IMG/VR virus record: IMGVR_UViG_3300050821_009835
Location: 200,913-264,912 of that record
Length of the DNA: 64,000 nt
Strand: one strand, 5' to 3'
Position numbers and translations under genes: made by a program. Shown one piece after another: positions 18,359-26,946 of the stretch; the first letter of the stretch is position 1, and every line of letters begins with the position of its first letter. Under the pieces are notes generated by a model. The model had not been told where the DNA came from, searched no databases, and saw only the letters and a program-made list of their open reading frames with translations.

Positions 18359-19246
18359 GTGAGCGATAGCCCGGTTACACCAGACATCCCAACTCTGGAT
18401 ATCAAAACACAATTAACGAGTAAAGCCAAGGAATTAAAGCGTGTTCCTGGTTTTCGTACATCTGAAAAGATGTTACCCTACGATTCCACTAAAGTCTACA
18501 CTCAAATGGGTACAGCAGTACAGGCTTCCGCAGCTGCAAATTCAGCAATGCGTAGAATTGCTATCGTTTTAGATGATGTTCAGGTTTCTCGAGATAGTCA
18601 AACTGGGGCTTTGGTCGAAAAACTAAATGATCATGTTAAACGAGTAGACGGCAGGGATCTTCAACTCCTTTTTCAACGACTGAAAGAAGTTAATTCAGCA
18701 GTTGAAGCGGCAAAGAAACAATTAGAGAAGTGCAACGGTGTGTCTCAAGATTGGAGTGAGTACGAATTACTACTTCAGAAATTCACCTCAGTAAAATCAG
18801 CCGAATTGGTGCCGCTCATCTCTAAAGCGTTCGGAGATATGAAATCTGCAATGGTTTGGTATCAAAAGATGCTAGAATCTCATCGCGTAGAAGATCAAGT
18901 GGAGCTTCTTCCTGTGTTGGAAGAGTTAAAGAAAATTGTAGCAAAACTTGGAAAGGCTCGTGAAGACAAGATTCATGCTGCTGTAGCTATGGAAGAGCGG
19001 TTTTCAAAGTCGCGCCGAGCATATTGGGCTGAAAAGCGTAGCAACGCTAATCTGTTGAAAAAGTCCAACCGCACTCGTCCAGTAGTTCATGAAAACATGC
19101 CGTACCCAGTAAACAGCGTAACTCCTGTTGTTTCGCTGGACCCAAAACAGCTTCTAGAACAAGCTGGGGAACAAATCAGAACTAAAGAAAAATTGAAGAA
19201 AACAGCGTTAAAACAGCAAGAAATCGACGAAAAAGAGTCAAATTAG
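18359..19246 (+). CDS. Coiled-coil hypothetical protein
   Basis: 295 aa, heptad-rich, GGAG RBS with GTG start. Confidence 0.6.
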   Translation: MSDSPVTPDIPTLDIKTQLTSKAKELKRVPGFRTSEKMLPYDSTKVYTQMGTAVQASAAANSAMRRIAIVLDDVQVSRDSQTGALVEKLNDHVKRVDGRDLQLLFQRLKEVNSAVEAAKKQLEKCNGVSQDWSEYELLLQKFTSVKSAELVPLISKAFGDMKSAMVWYQKMLESHRVEDQVELLPVLEELKKIVAKLGKAREDKIHAAVAMEERFSKSRRAYWAEKRSNANLLKKSNRTRPVVHENMPYPVNSVTPVVSLDPKQLLEQAGEQIRTKEKLKKTALKQQEIDEKESN

Positions 19247-19274
19247 CCTTTTCGTACGTAGTTAGAGGGCAAGT

Positions 19275-21734
19275 ATGCCAAAACCAAAAGTCGTTCGTGC
19301 TACGAATCGCGACCGTGGTACTAATTTTACAGTAGGAGCTAAGAAGCAGCGTCGAGTTGTTGCTACCGGGTTAGATCCAACCACAGGCAAGAGCCGTGAA
19401 TTCGCTTCGGTTGGGCGCTATTCCAGCACAGACAGTAAAGGTCGCATTGTTGAAGATGTAGGCACTCGTAATCGGATGCGCAATATCAACCGGGCCGCGA
19501 ATGCTTTGGTGTTTGGCGGTGGGTTGGATAAAACAGCTGCTCTCTTTGGTGACTCAATGATGGGCGGGGCTGACATTGTTGATTCTCAGAACATCGGCTA
19601 TTACTCTTACGAGTTTCCTGTAGACGCTCTAGAATTACCACAATCCCGCGCTGAAGAACTCCGTTTCTACCGCCTAGCGTATGATCGTGATCCAATTGTC
19701 TCCCGCGCCATCAATATGCACGTTGAATTGCCTCTCTCTAAGATGACGCTGGAGAAGCCCAAATGCTCCTCCGAAGAATTCAAGGACTACATATTCGATT
19801 GGTATCAAGGTCTGATCAATGACAAGAAACTGTTTTCGGTCTTAATCGACGGTGCCCGTGAATTCTGGCTCCTTGGAGAATGTTTCTTTTATATTGAAGA
19901 GAAACAGAAGACTGAGCCTTGTCCCGTTGCTAAGAAACAAATAGACGAAGAGGAAAAGGGTGAAAGCTCCGACCCTGGAAAAGAGTCCGAATTTAACCCG
20001 CCAATGGGTGGGAGCGCGGGTGATCTAATGGATTGGATTGAACCCACCCGTAAAGCATCACTTATCAAAAAAGCAGCAGCGGTCATTGACACGATTAAGA
20101 AGGGTGGCCTTTCGTTCAATCCAGATGAATCACTCAAGGATGTCATCGCGGAGTTGAAAAAGAAAAAAGCAGCTCTTTTAAAGTTGCAGCGTAAGGTCGC
20201 CAAAGTTATCGGTCGCGTTAATCAGAAAGATGAATATCCGATCCAGGTCACTGCTGATATCTCAAAAATTGCAGAACCTCCAGTCCCCGGCGCGAACCCA
20301 GCCCCAGAACCTGGCAAACCCGGCGCGGACCCAAATGTAGAACCGGCTCCAGGTAGCGAAGGTGCCCCGCAAGGACCGGATGGGATGGCAGATGTGGATG
20401 TTCCAGGTGGTGGTGCAGGTGTGCCTCCAATGGGAGGTGGGGGAGGAGGGGCAGTTACACCAGCTGATCTAGGTGGAGAAGTCAAGGACGCTGTAGCTTT
20501 GGGTGTTAGCATCGACGAACAGCGCGAACTTATGGAGATGCGTCATTATCTTAAGTTGTTAGAGCGTAAGAAGCAACTGTTGGAAGAGTTGCAAGAACTC
20601 CGTGAAAAGCGCAAAGAAGAATTGGAACTTTTCTCCCACGTAACCAATCCAAACTACCGGGGCTTCTTCCGCATTCAGATCCTGCCTCCTGAGCAAATGG
20701 AGATGTCTAACGAGGGTACATTGGAGGATGGCCCTACCATCTATTACAAACCACCCGAAGCTCAAAAGGAACAATATCTCGAAAGCGAGAATACTCCAGC
20801 TGAAGTTAAGGATAAGATTCAGGAAGAGGGCAAGATCCCTTTGAATCAGGACCCGTTTAAGGGTTCTTATGTAATCCATTTTGCTCGTAAAAAAGCAAAC
20901 TATGAATTACACGGGCGTTCTATTGTCCAACCTGTTATCCGATCCTGCATATATCGCGAGAAACTGCGCCAAGTACAATCCACGATTGCTTCTCGTAACA
21001 TGACACCAAAAACGATGGTGACTGCGCCTGGTGTGCCATTGTCAGAAATCATGCAGTTGCGTGCTCATATTGATGAAGCGAAGGCTGACCCAGACTACAC
21101 GATCGTGGTGAATTACGATGCACAATGGAATGAGATTGGATCGGAAGCTCGTTTATTGGCACTGGATGGAGAATACCAACATACTAACTCTGATCTAGCT
21201 ATTGGATTGGGCTTATCCCCTGAAATTCTTATCGGGGAAGGTTTGTATAGCGGAAACCGTATTCAATTGGAAATTCTCAACACAGCATATCTGCAGTTCC
21301 GTGATTTGATTACGGGGATTGTGGAAGATCTGATCTTTAAGCCGTTGGCGATGAAGAAGGGATTTTATGAGATAGATAAATGGGGCAGGCCAAGATGGAT
21401 TTTTCCTAAGGTCACATTCTCCAGAATGGCACTTCGCGACTCTGGTGATTTATTCGACATGATGTTTAATCTTTACGCGAAGGGGTCCCTTCCAGTTTCA
21501 ATAATCTACGAATTTTTAAACATAGATTCTGAAGATTGCAAACGGAAATTGGAAGACGATTTGTTCACTGTAAACGATGCGAAATTCAGCGAACTTCTGT
21601 CAACATTGTATAGTTCAATGGCTGACTTGATCCTATCAAAATCTGATCTTTTAAAACGTGTTATAGAAGGCTTGACCCTGAATGAAGTGGACACAGACGA
21701 TCAAGGACCAGAAGGCAGCGGCGAGGGTATGTGA
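19275..21734 (+). CDS. Portal protein
   Basis: YRLAYDRDPIVSRAINMHVELP, VIHFARK...YELHGRSIV, and helical C-terminus typical of large-phage portals. Large internal low-complexity insertion. Confidence 0.75.
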   Translation: MPKPKVVRATNRDRGTNFTVGAKKQRRVVATGLDPTTGKSREFASVGRYSSTDSKGRIVEDVGTRNRMRNINRAANALVFGGGLDKTAALFGDSMMGGADIVDSQNIGYYSYEFPVDALELPQSRAEELRFYRLAYDRDPIVSRAINMHVELPLSKMTLEKPKCSSEEFKDYIFDWYQGLINDKKLFSVLIDGAREFWLLGECFFYIEEKQKTEPCPVAKKQIDEEEKGESSDPGKESEFNPPMGGSAGDLMDWIEPTRKASLIKKAAAVIDTIKKGGLSFNPDESLKDVIAELKKKKAALLKLQRKVAKVIGRVNQKDEYPIQVTADISKIAEPPVPGANPAPEPGKPGADPNVEPAPGSEGAPQGPDGMADVDVPGGGAGVPPMGGGGGGAVTPADLGGEVKDAVALGVSIDEQRELMEMRHYLKLLERKKQLLEELQELREKRKEELELFSHVTNPNYRGFFRIQILPPEQMEMSNEGTLEDGPTIYYKPPEAQKEQYLESENTPAEVKDKIQEEGKIPLNQDPFKGSYVIHFARKKANYELHGRSIVQPVIRSCIYREKLRQVQSTIASRNMTPKTMVTAPGVPLSEIMQLRAHIDEAKADPDYTIVVNYDAQWNEIGSEARLLALDGEYQHTNSDLAIGLGLSPEILIGEGLYSGNRIQLEILNTAYLQFRDLITGIVEDLIFKPLAMKKGFYEIDKWGRPRWIFPKVTFSRMALRDSGDLFDMMFNLYAKGSLPVSIIYEFLNIDSEDCKRKLEDDLFTVNDAKFSELLSTLYSSMADLILSKSDLLKRVIEGLTLNEVDTDDQGPEGSGEGM

Positions 21735-21742
21735 TCCCCGCG

Positions 21743-21781
21743 TTTTCTGACTTTCTAGGTATTAAGCAGAGGGTCAGAAAA
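21743..21781 (+). promoter_or_regulatory. Hairpin occluding the endonuclease translation start, with a promoter-like sequence in its loop
   Basis: TTTTCTGAC 21743-51 / GTCAGAAAA 21773-81 (last base is the A of ATG). Loop and flank carry GACTTTCTAGGTATTAAG. Confidence 0.5.
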
Positions 21782-22530
21782 TGTTCATCTATCTTATCGT
21801 CAACCATATCACCGGGAAATATTACGTTGGACAACACAAAGGCAAGAGTCTCCAGAAATACCTCGTAGCCAAATTCTGGGATGCCCGTCATCAGAGAAAC
21901 GGACGATCCTATCTCTACAACTCCATGAGAAAACATCCGGACCCTTCGGTCTGGTCCATTCACGCTCTCCTATCCGATATCCAAACCAAAACTGAACTAG
22001 ATAAGTATGAAAAAGAGTTCATCAAGTTTCTTCGTTCACGAGATCCTGAATACGGATACAATATCTGTAAAGGTGGAGAGGGTTTCACTGGTCCGGGGTT
22101 CAGGGGGCCACGTACTGAGGAGTGGAAGCAAAAGATAAGAAAGACCATGAAAGAACGCAACATAAAGCCCCGTTTACGCTGGTCTTCCTTAAAAGACATG
22201 ACTGGGCAAATTATAAATGGTATAGAGATCCTCAGAAGGCTAGAAAATAATAAAGAAGAAGATGCAATCTGGTTTTGCCAGTGTTTTTGTGGTAGAACTT
22301 TTACAGCTGTAGGGAGTTGTTTACGAAGCGGGCATACCCGAAGCTGCGGCTGTCTCAAAATCCAACAGAACGAACAGAACTTGAGTCATGGATCAGAAGC
22401 GGGTTTGAAAAAGATGCGAGATGACCCTCAAGAATTTTCCCGTAGGGTAAAAATGGGGATGAGACGTGCTAAAGCAGCAAGGGAGCGATCCAAACAAAAC
22501 TATCTTTCCCAATCACAGGGTGCTGCATGA
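21781..22530 (+). CDS. GIY-YIG homing endonuclease
   Basis: MFIYLIVNHITGKYYVGQH...YLYNSMRKH...GYNI..GGEG; NUMOD3-like RTEEWKQKI; WFCQCFCG...LRSGHTRSCGC. Confidence 0.9.
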   Translation: MFIYLIVNHITGKYYVGQHKGKSLQKYLVAKFWDARHQRNGRSYLYNSMRKHPDPSVWSIHALLSDIQTKTELDKYEKEFIKFLRSRDPEYGYNICKGGEGFTGPGFRGPRTEEWKQKIRKTMKERNIKPRLRWSSLKDMTGQIINGIEILRRLENNKEEDAIWFCQCFCGRTFTAVGSCLRSGHTRSCGCLKIQQNEQNLSHGSEAGLKKMRDDPQEFSRRVKMGMRRAKAARERSKQNYLSQSQGAA

Positions 22531-22649
22531 AATACTGGCTTCGATTCTTGTTTTTGAATTCTGCGGAATTCGCGGCATTTAGACTGTTACGCCGTCTAGA
22601 GAGTTACAGTCATGAAGTCAACTTTCCAAAACAATCACAGGGAGTGTAA
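22527..22649 (+). CDS. Possible 40-aa ORF (MKYWLRFLF...QSQGV)
   Basis: ATGA overlap with the upstream stop; fills the intergenic gap. Confidence 0.3.
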   Translation: MKYWLRFLFLNSAEFAAFRLLRRLESYSHEVNFPKQSQGV

Positions 22650-22652
22650 CTT

Positions 22653-25600
22653 GTGATTACAGTACTTGACAACACCACATGGGCGCAAGCAGATTTGGAT
22701 GGAAATTCTGCTTTCATAGAAGTCATCGGTCCTGGCAGCCCACCTCAGGAATCCCTCTTTGTTGTTTCTAACAATCGTGCTGATAATTCCTTCATCATTC
22801 TTGAATCCTCCCTTGGAGCAGGTTCCCCTCCTGTGGAACTCTTAGGGAGTTCTTTTACAGTCGTAGCAGAGTATGTTTTTCCCTATGCTGCTGGCACCCC
22901 GCCATTTCCTAATCAAGAATTTGCCCCGTGTGTAGCTTATGATCCGATAGCAGGTGTGATTCATATTGTTGGTCTAAGAAACAATTTGACCAACCCGCGC
23001 TTTTTTGATTTTATCAAATTCCAGTACAACGTCGCAACAGGAGTCCTAACCGGGCCAACTGTGTTAGCAACAACTTCTCTTATCCGATCAGGCTACGACA
23101 TCATCGTATTAGGTAACAGCGACACTGTCATTGGTGTTATTCTAACGGATGCGACCACGATAGGCTCACCCCCAGAAATGCCGGGCCAGAGTTTAGTGAT
23201 TTTCGAGTTGGACCCAAATGACAATCTGGTTTCTGTTACTCAGTTGCTGAATTCTCCAGACAATTCGTCCAGTACTGCGTCCTTGATAACTTATAATTCT
23301 CTGTCATTGGCTTCTCCTGATGGCGTTAATGTAGAGTTATACTGGGAGCAACACCCGCGTTTGATTACGTTTAAAGATCAGCTGTTTCAGATTTTTTTCG
23401 CTCTACGTAGCGGCGGTGTTTGGAATCTCCCTGGGAATCCGATTGAATCCTTTGTTGGGCGTTATTCCGATGATCGTCTCACGGTTCTCCAAGATACACA
23501 AGGAGGACGTTACCTAGCACAAATATTTTATACGCAAACTAACATCCCAGAAGGTATCACTGGGAATTTGCTGCTCGGTTATTTGCAAGGCGGGGGATCT
23601 TGGATATTTCAAATTGTGAAGGGTTCGCTAAACGGTTCAATTGTAGAAGCTACTCTGTCTCTTGATCAAGCTGGTAATGTATTCGTTGCTTATTTGATAG
23701 AGGACCTTCTCACAGGTCAAGTGGGTGGTCCCACTTACCCGATGCAATTAGCATCGGTGAATCTGGCCAACCTCGCCGTAACTAATCTCCCTGGGTGGTA
23801 CAACAATCACAATTTTACTTGGCTTCGAGGCACTAAATCGATCGTTGACGATTTGTCCATGTGGGCTGTTGTGGCAGAAGAGCAAGTTGGTGGGAGTCCG
23901 ACTATTGATACCCCGAGCTATCTCTCGGGCATCCATACTCCTCCCGTGGCTGTATTGTCCCCAGCTTCAGTGGTCGTAGAACGTGGGACTCCACAATTCT
24001 TTGATGCTAGTGCATCCTACGATACTACCGAAGACCCGATTACTTACAATTGGTCAGAAACTAGCCCAGATTTGGTAGATGTAACTCTTGCACCCAATGG
24101 GGATACGGCCATTCTGAATGTCGCTCGCGCTATTGGTGGCGGGCAGCGCATTTTTGACGTTACAGTAGAAGAGACGACTTCTTATTACCCAACCCCCGAA
24201 AACGGATCTATAGCATCCTCACTGGTTACTGTCCCATTTGACCCGCCGTCTTATGTCGAGTTTCTGGGTCTTGCATTTTTGGGGTCTCCTCCGATACCAA
24301 CAATCTATGCCGCTAGAAATACAAGTGTTACAATTACACCAACGTATTTTCCAGAACCCCCGAATGCGGATGCCCTGATGTCCTACACTTGGACACAAAC
24401 GATGGGGGATATGGTTGAACCTTTGAGTTTTTCAACGCCGACTTTTACTTTCCCAACCAATGGGTTGTCGGTGAATGGGGAAACCCTGATGTTCACTGTT
24501 CAAGTCAATGATGGGGTTACAACCACATGGAGTTCTGCCACAAACTATTCTATTGGAGACTCAGCAATTTACAACAACGCTGTTTACACAGCTCAAGAAG
24601 CTAACACGAATGTTTTGCCTCCTAACTCTCCTACAGTTTGGTCGTTCATTGGTTTTAATCTAGCCACTGTTCAGGTGATTGTTGCCTCATACGAAGAACA
24701 GAATCCCTCGTATATCCCTAATACACTTCGATTAGCTCGTGCTATATGGCAAACTGGAGGTTCTCCGCCATCTAATGCTACTATCAGTCAACGTAACTCA
24801 CTGGTGCCCTCCTACAGTTCTTTAAGTGTCTCCGGGGTTTGGTCTAATTTACAGAATATCAAGCGTATTTCTGTCATTAGTGGGCAAAATCGGGAACTCA
24901 TTATTTCGCCTGCGTCAGCGTTGGTGTATGGTGGGGTAGCGCCGAATGTAGTACTGCTTACGCGCTGCCTAACGCCGCTAGGTACCCCAATTCTGGATGC
25001 TTTTCACACAGAACAAGATTACACTCTTGTATTGACGTTGGACGGGAATCCAGCAACATACAAAATCTATCGCTATATGACAGCCTACCATGTTGATACA
25101 GATAACCCGGACGCTTTTATAGATCTGTCAACTATCGTGCCAGAAATGGCCTTTAATACGATAACAGCTACAATTGTTTACAACAACGTTCGTGTTATTG
25201 CTTTATCTGGCCTAAATGGATGTTTGTTGCTTCAAGTAAACTCTCAAACTCTTACCCCTGAAGGTTTTACGGTGTTTTCTGTAGAGTCCAAAAGGCTCTA
25301 CGGTGCGGATAATGTTCAATGGGTTCGTATGGCGAATGTAGAAAGCGTCAATTCTGGTTTGATTCTAATCGGCAGCATTCAAATAGTAGGTAACCCACCT
25401 GTAAGCAGCACTTATGAAACGTTTTATGATCTCCCATCGGGAACTATTTTGGGTGTTTGGGACAAGACTAAATTAGTGAATCAAATTGTGAATACAGGTG
25501 AAATCCTCTTTGAGGCGATTTCTACGTATGGTGGTTTTCCTGCTACTCCTACTATGGGTGTTCCTACTCTTATTGATGGAGTGGTAACTCTATCTTGGTC

Positions 25601-25727
25601 TGAAGTAAACCCAAGTTCTATTGATGGATATGAGATCTTCTATTCAAGTGACGGCGTTTCGTATTCCAGCTTTCAAGTAGGCTCGGGAGCCATTCAGTCC
25701 ATTCAAATCCCATTGTCGCAACTATGA
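22653..25727 (+). CDS. Large virion protein (tail fibre/baseplate-like) with PKD/Ig-like, CBM5/12-like and truncated FN3 domains
   Basis: PPVAVL...FDASASYD...ITYNW (PKD); WSSATNYSIGDSAIYNNAVYTA...PPNSPTVW (chitin-binding-like); ends VTLSW...GYEIFY...IQIPLSQL, lacking the last two FN3 strands. Confidence 0.7.
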   Translation: MITVLDNTTWAQADLDGNSAFIEVIGPGSPPQESLFVVSNNRADNSFIILESSLGAGSPPVELLGSSFTVVAEYVFPYAAGTPPFPNQEFAPCVAYDPIAGVIHIVGLRNNLTNPRFFDFIKFQYNVATGVLTGPTVLATTSLIRSGYDIIVLGNSDTVIGVILTDATTIGSPPEMPGQSLVIFELDPNDNLVSVTQLLNSPDNSSSTASLITYNSLSLASPDGVNVELYWEQHPRLITFKDQLFQIFFALRSGGVWNLPGNPIESFVGRYSDDRLTVLQDTQGGRYLAQIFYTQTNIPEGITGNLLLGYLQGGGSWIFQIVKGSLNGSIVEATLSLDQAGNVFVAYLIEDLLTGQVGGPTYPMQLASVNLANLAVTNLPGWYNNHNFTWLRGTKSIVDDLSMWAVVAEEQVGGSPTIDTPSYLSGIHTPPVAVLSPASVVVERGTPQFFDASASYDTTEDPITYNWSETSPDLVDVTLAPNGDTAILNVARAIGGGQRIFDVTVEETTSYYPTPENGSIASSLVTVPFDPPSYVEFLGLAFLGSPPIPTIYAARNTSVTITPTYFPEPPNADALMSYTWTQTMGDMVEPLSFSTPTFTFPTNGLSVNGETLMFTVQVNDGVTTTWSSATNYSIGDSAIYNNAVYTAQEANTNVLPPNSPTVWSFIGFNLATVQVIVASYEEQNPSYIPNTLRLARAIWQTGGSPPSNATISQRNSLVPSYSSLSVSGVWSNLQNIKRISVISGQNRELIISPASALVYGGVAPNVVLLTRCLTPLGTPILDAFHTEQDYTLVLTLDGNPATYKIYRYMTAYHVDTDNPDAFIDLSTIVPEMAFNTITATIVYNNVRVIALSGLNGCLLLQVNSQTLTPEGFTVFSVESKRLYGADNVQWVRMANVESVNSGLILIGSIQIVGNPPVSSTYETFYDLPSGTILGVWDKTKLVNQIVNTGEILFEAISTYGGFPATPTMGVPTLIDGVVTLSWSEVNPSSIDGYEIFYSSDGVSYSSFQVGSGAIQSIQIPLSQL

Positions 25728-25812
25728 TTGTGGAAGTAATGTTACAATGTTAGACGGAAGTGAAGTACCGTCTCCATTGCTGGCAGTCATGTAAAATTGA
25801 AACAGAATCCCG
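25718..25812. other. 95-bp apparently inverted segment between TC/GA dinucleotides that swaps the C-termini of two convergent genes
   Basis: Flipping between TC 25716-17 and GA 25813-14 gives ...IQIPLSGILFQFYMTASNGDGTSLPSNIVTLLPQS* (complete FN3) on + and ...EAQQALSQL* on -. Confidence 0.6.
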
Positions 25813-26717
25813 GAGAGAGCCTGCTGAGCTTCGAGATGGCTTTGAGCGTAGTATATATTTGCTGGATTATACGCAATTTCTATGTACGACTCTGGAATTT
25901 CAAACGCATCACACCCGTTAGCCCGTGCAAATGGTAGAATTACTAATGGATCCGTGATTGTGTCAGGATTTTGCAGTTGTAGGAAATGATAGACATCGGG
26001 GTATGCTGCAAAAAGGCTTACCCAATCACCGCTGGATTGACCCTGTGTGTCTCCTCCACTAGCCGAGTCGTTTCCGATTCCTAAACCCGCGTTTGCAAAA
26101 ATTTGTCCTGTTCCATAGGTAATTGCATTTGAAATGCAATTGCTCACGTTGTAGCATATTTGTATAGAAGAATTTAGACTCTTTACGAATGCTGCAAGAT
26201 TGGTTAAATAAGCCTGTACCCCCGGTATTCCTCCCCAAGCCGAGGGATTATTTAAGTAGCATGGTGGGCAGGATAAATCCCCTTGAAAGGGGCCAACCCT
26301 GACATAAAGTACGTTGTTGGCATAGTTTGATGCTTCGAGATGAGTGATTAATGCTTGGATGAACGCTTCTTCTCTGGCAACAAAGAATGGAGATACAGTA
26401 ATGGGCAATGGTTGTGGGTAGGCAGGGCACGCTATGGAAGGCGTCCCGGATACTACATATGCTGGGGTTGCCGTATTAGGTCCTGGAGTCGGGGAGAGGC
26501 CAGAACTTCCCGCTAAAGTGACTATAATGGCAACATTTTTGCCTATACTGGTAAATGGAGCATTCATTGCATCGAGAGCTGACCAATTGTAAACTCCTTC
26601 GCTGGTTTCTATTTGCGCCCAGTTGATCCGGGTTGCAAATGTGGAGATATGTGGTACAATATATTCCCAGAATGCTGGAGTGTCCGGGTTGAAACTGCTT
26701 ACGATAGTCATGCCCAT
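25722..26717 (-). CDS. Clan-A glycoside hydrolase-like protein (GH42/GH35-like N-terminal pattern)
   Basis: RINWAQIETSEGVYNWSALD...GKNVAIIV...TPAYV; own RBS (AGGAAGAG); currently ends in an FN3 F/G-strand-like tail. Confidence 0.6.
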   Translation of the reverse strand: MGMTIVSSFNPDTPAFWEYIVPHISTFATRINWAQIETSEGVYNWSALDAMNAPFTSIGKNVAIIVTLAGSSGLSPTPGPNTATPAYVVSGTPSIACPAYPQPLPITVSPFFVAREEAFIQALITHLEASNYANNVLYVRVGPFQGDLSCPPCYLNNPSAWGGIPGVQAYLTNLAAFVKSLNSSIQICYNVSNCISNAITYGTGQIFANAGLGIGNDSASGGDTQGQSSGDWVSLFAAYPDVYHFLQLQNPDTITDPLVILPFARANGCDAFEIPESYIEIAYNPANIYYAQSHLEAQQALSGILFQFYMTASNGDGTSLPSNIVTLLPQS

Positions 26718-26771
26718 ACGTATTCTCTTCCTGTAAAGTAGTATTAAATTGGATTAAAGGAGGATCTGAAA

Positions 26772-26945
26772 GTGAGTCTCTGTCCAGATTATTGCGATTG
26801 TCGCCAATGTAAACATGGTACCCCTGCATGCGAACCATGTAAAGACTGTCGTCAGGAAAGAGAAGTTGCCCAACATCAAATCGATCATCAGCATAGTGTA
26901 GAACGACAACGAGCAAGAATCAAGAAAGCGCCTTGGAGAGAATGA
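26772..26945 (+). CDS. 57-aa Cys-rich protein (not in ORF track)
   Basis: AAGGAGG RBS, GTG start, MSLCPDYCDCRQCKHGTPACEPCKDC... Confidence 0.6.
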   Translation: MSLCPDYCDCRQCKHGTPACEPCKDCRQEREVAQHQIDHQHSVERQRARIKKAPWRE

Positions 26946-26946
26946 A

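Noticed and set aside
25690-26780. Gin/Hin-type invertible tail-fibre cassette covering the whole minus-strand gene
   Set aside because: No inverted repeats at its ends and no invertase in the window. Only the 95-bp inversion with 2-bp microhomology is supported.
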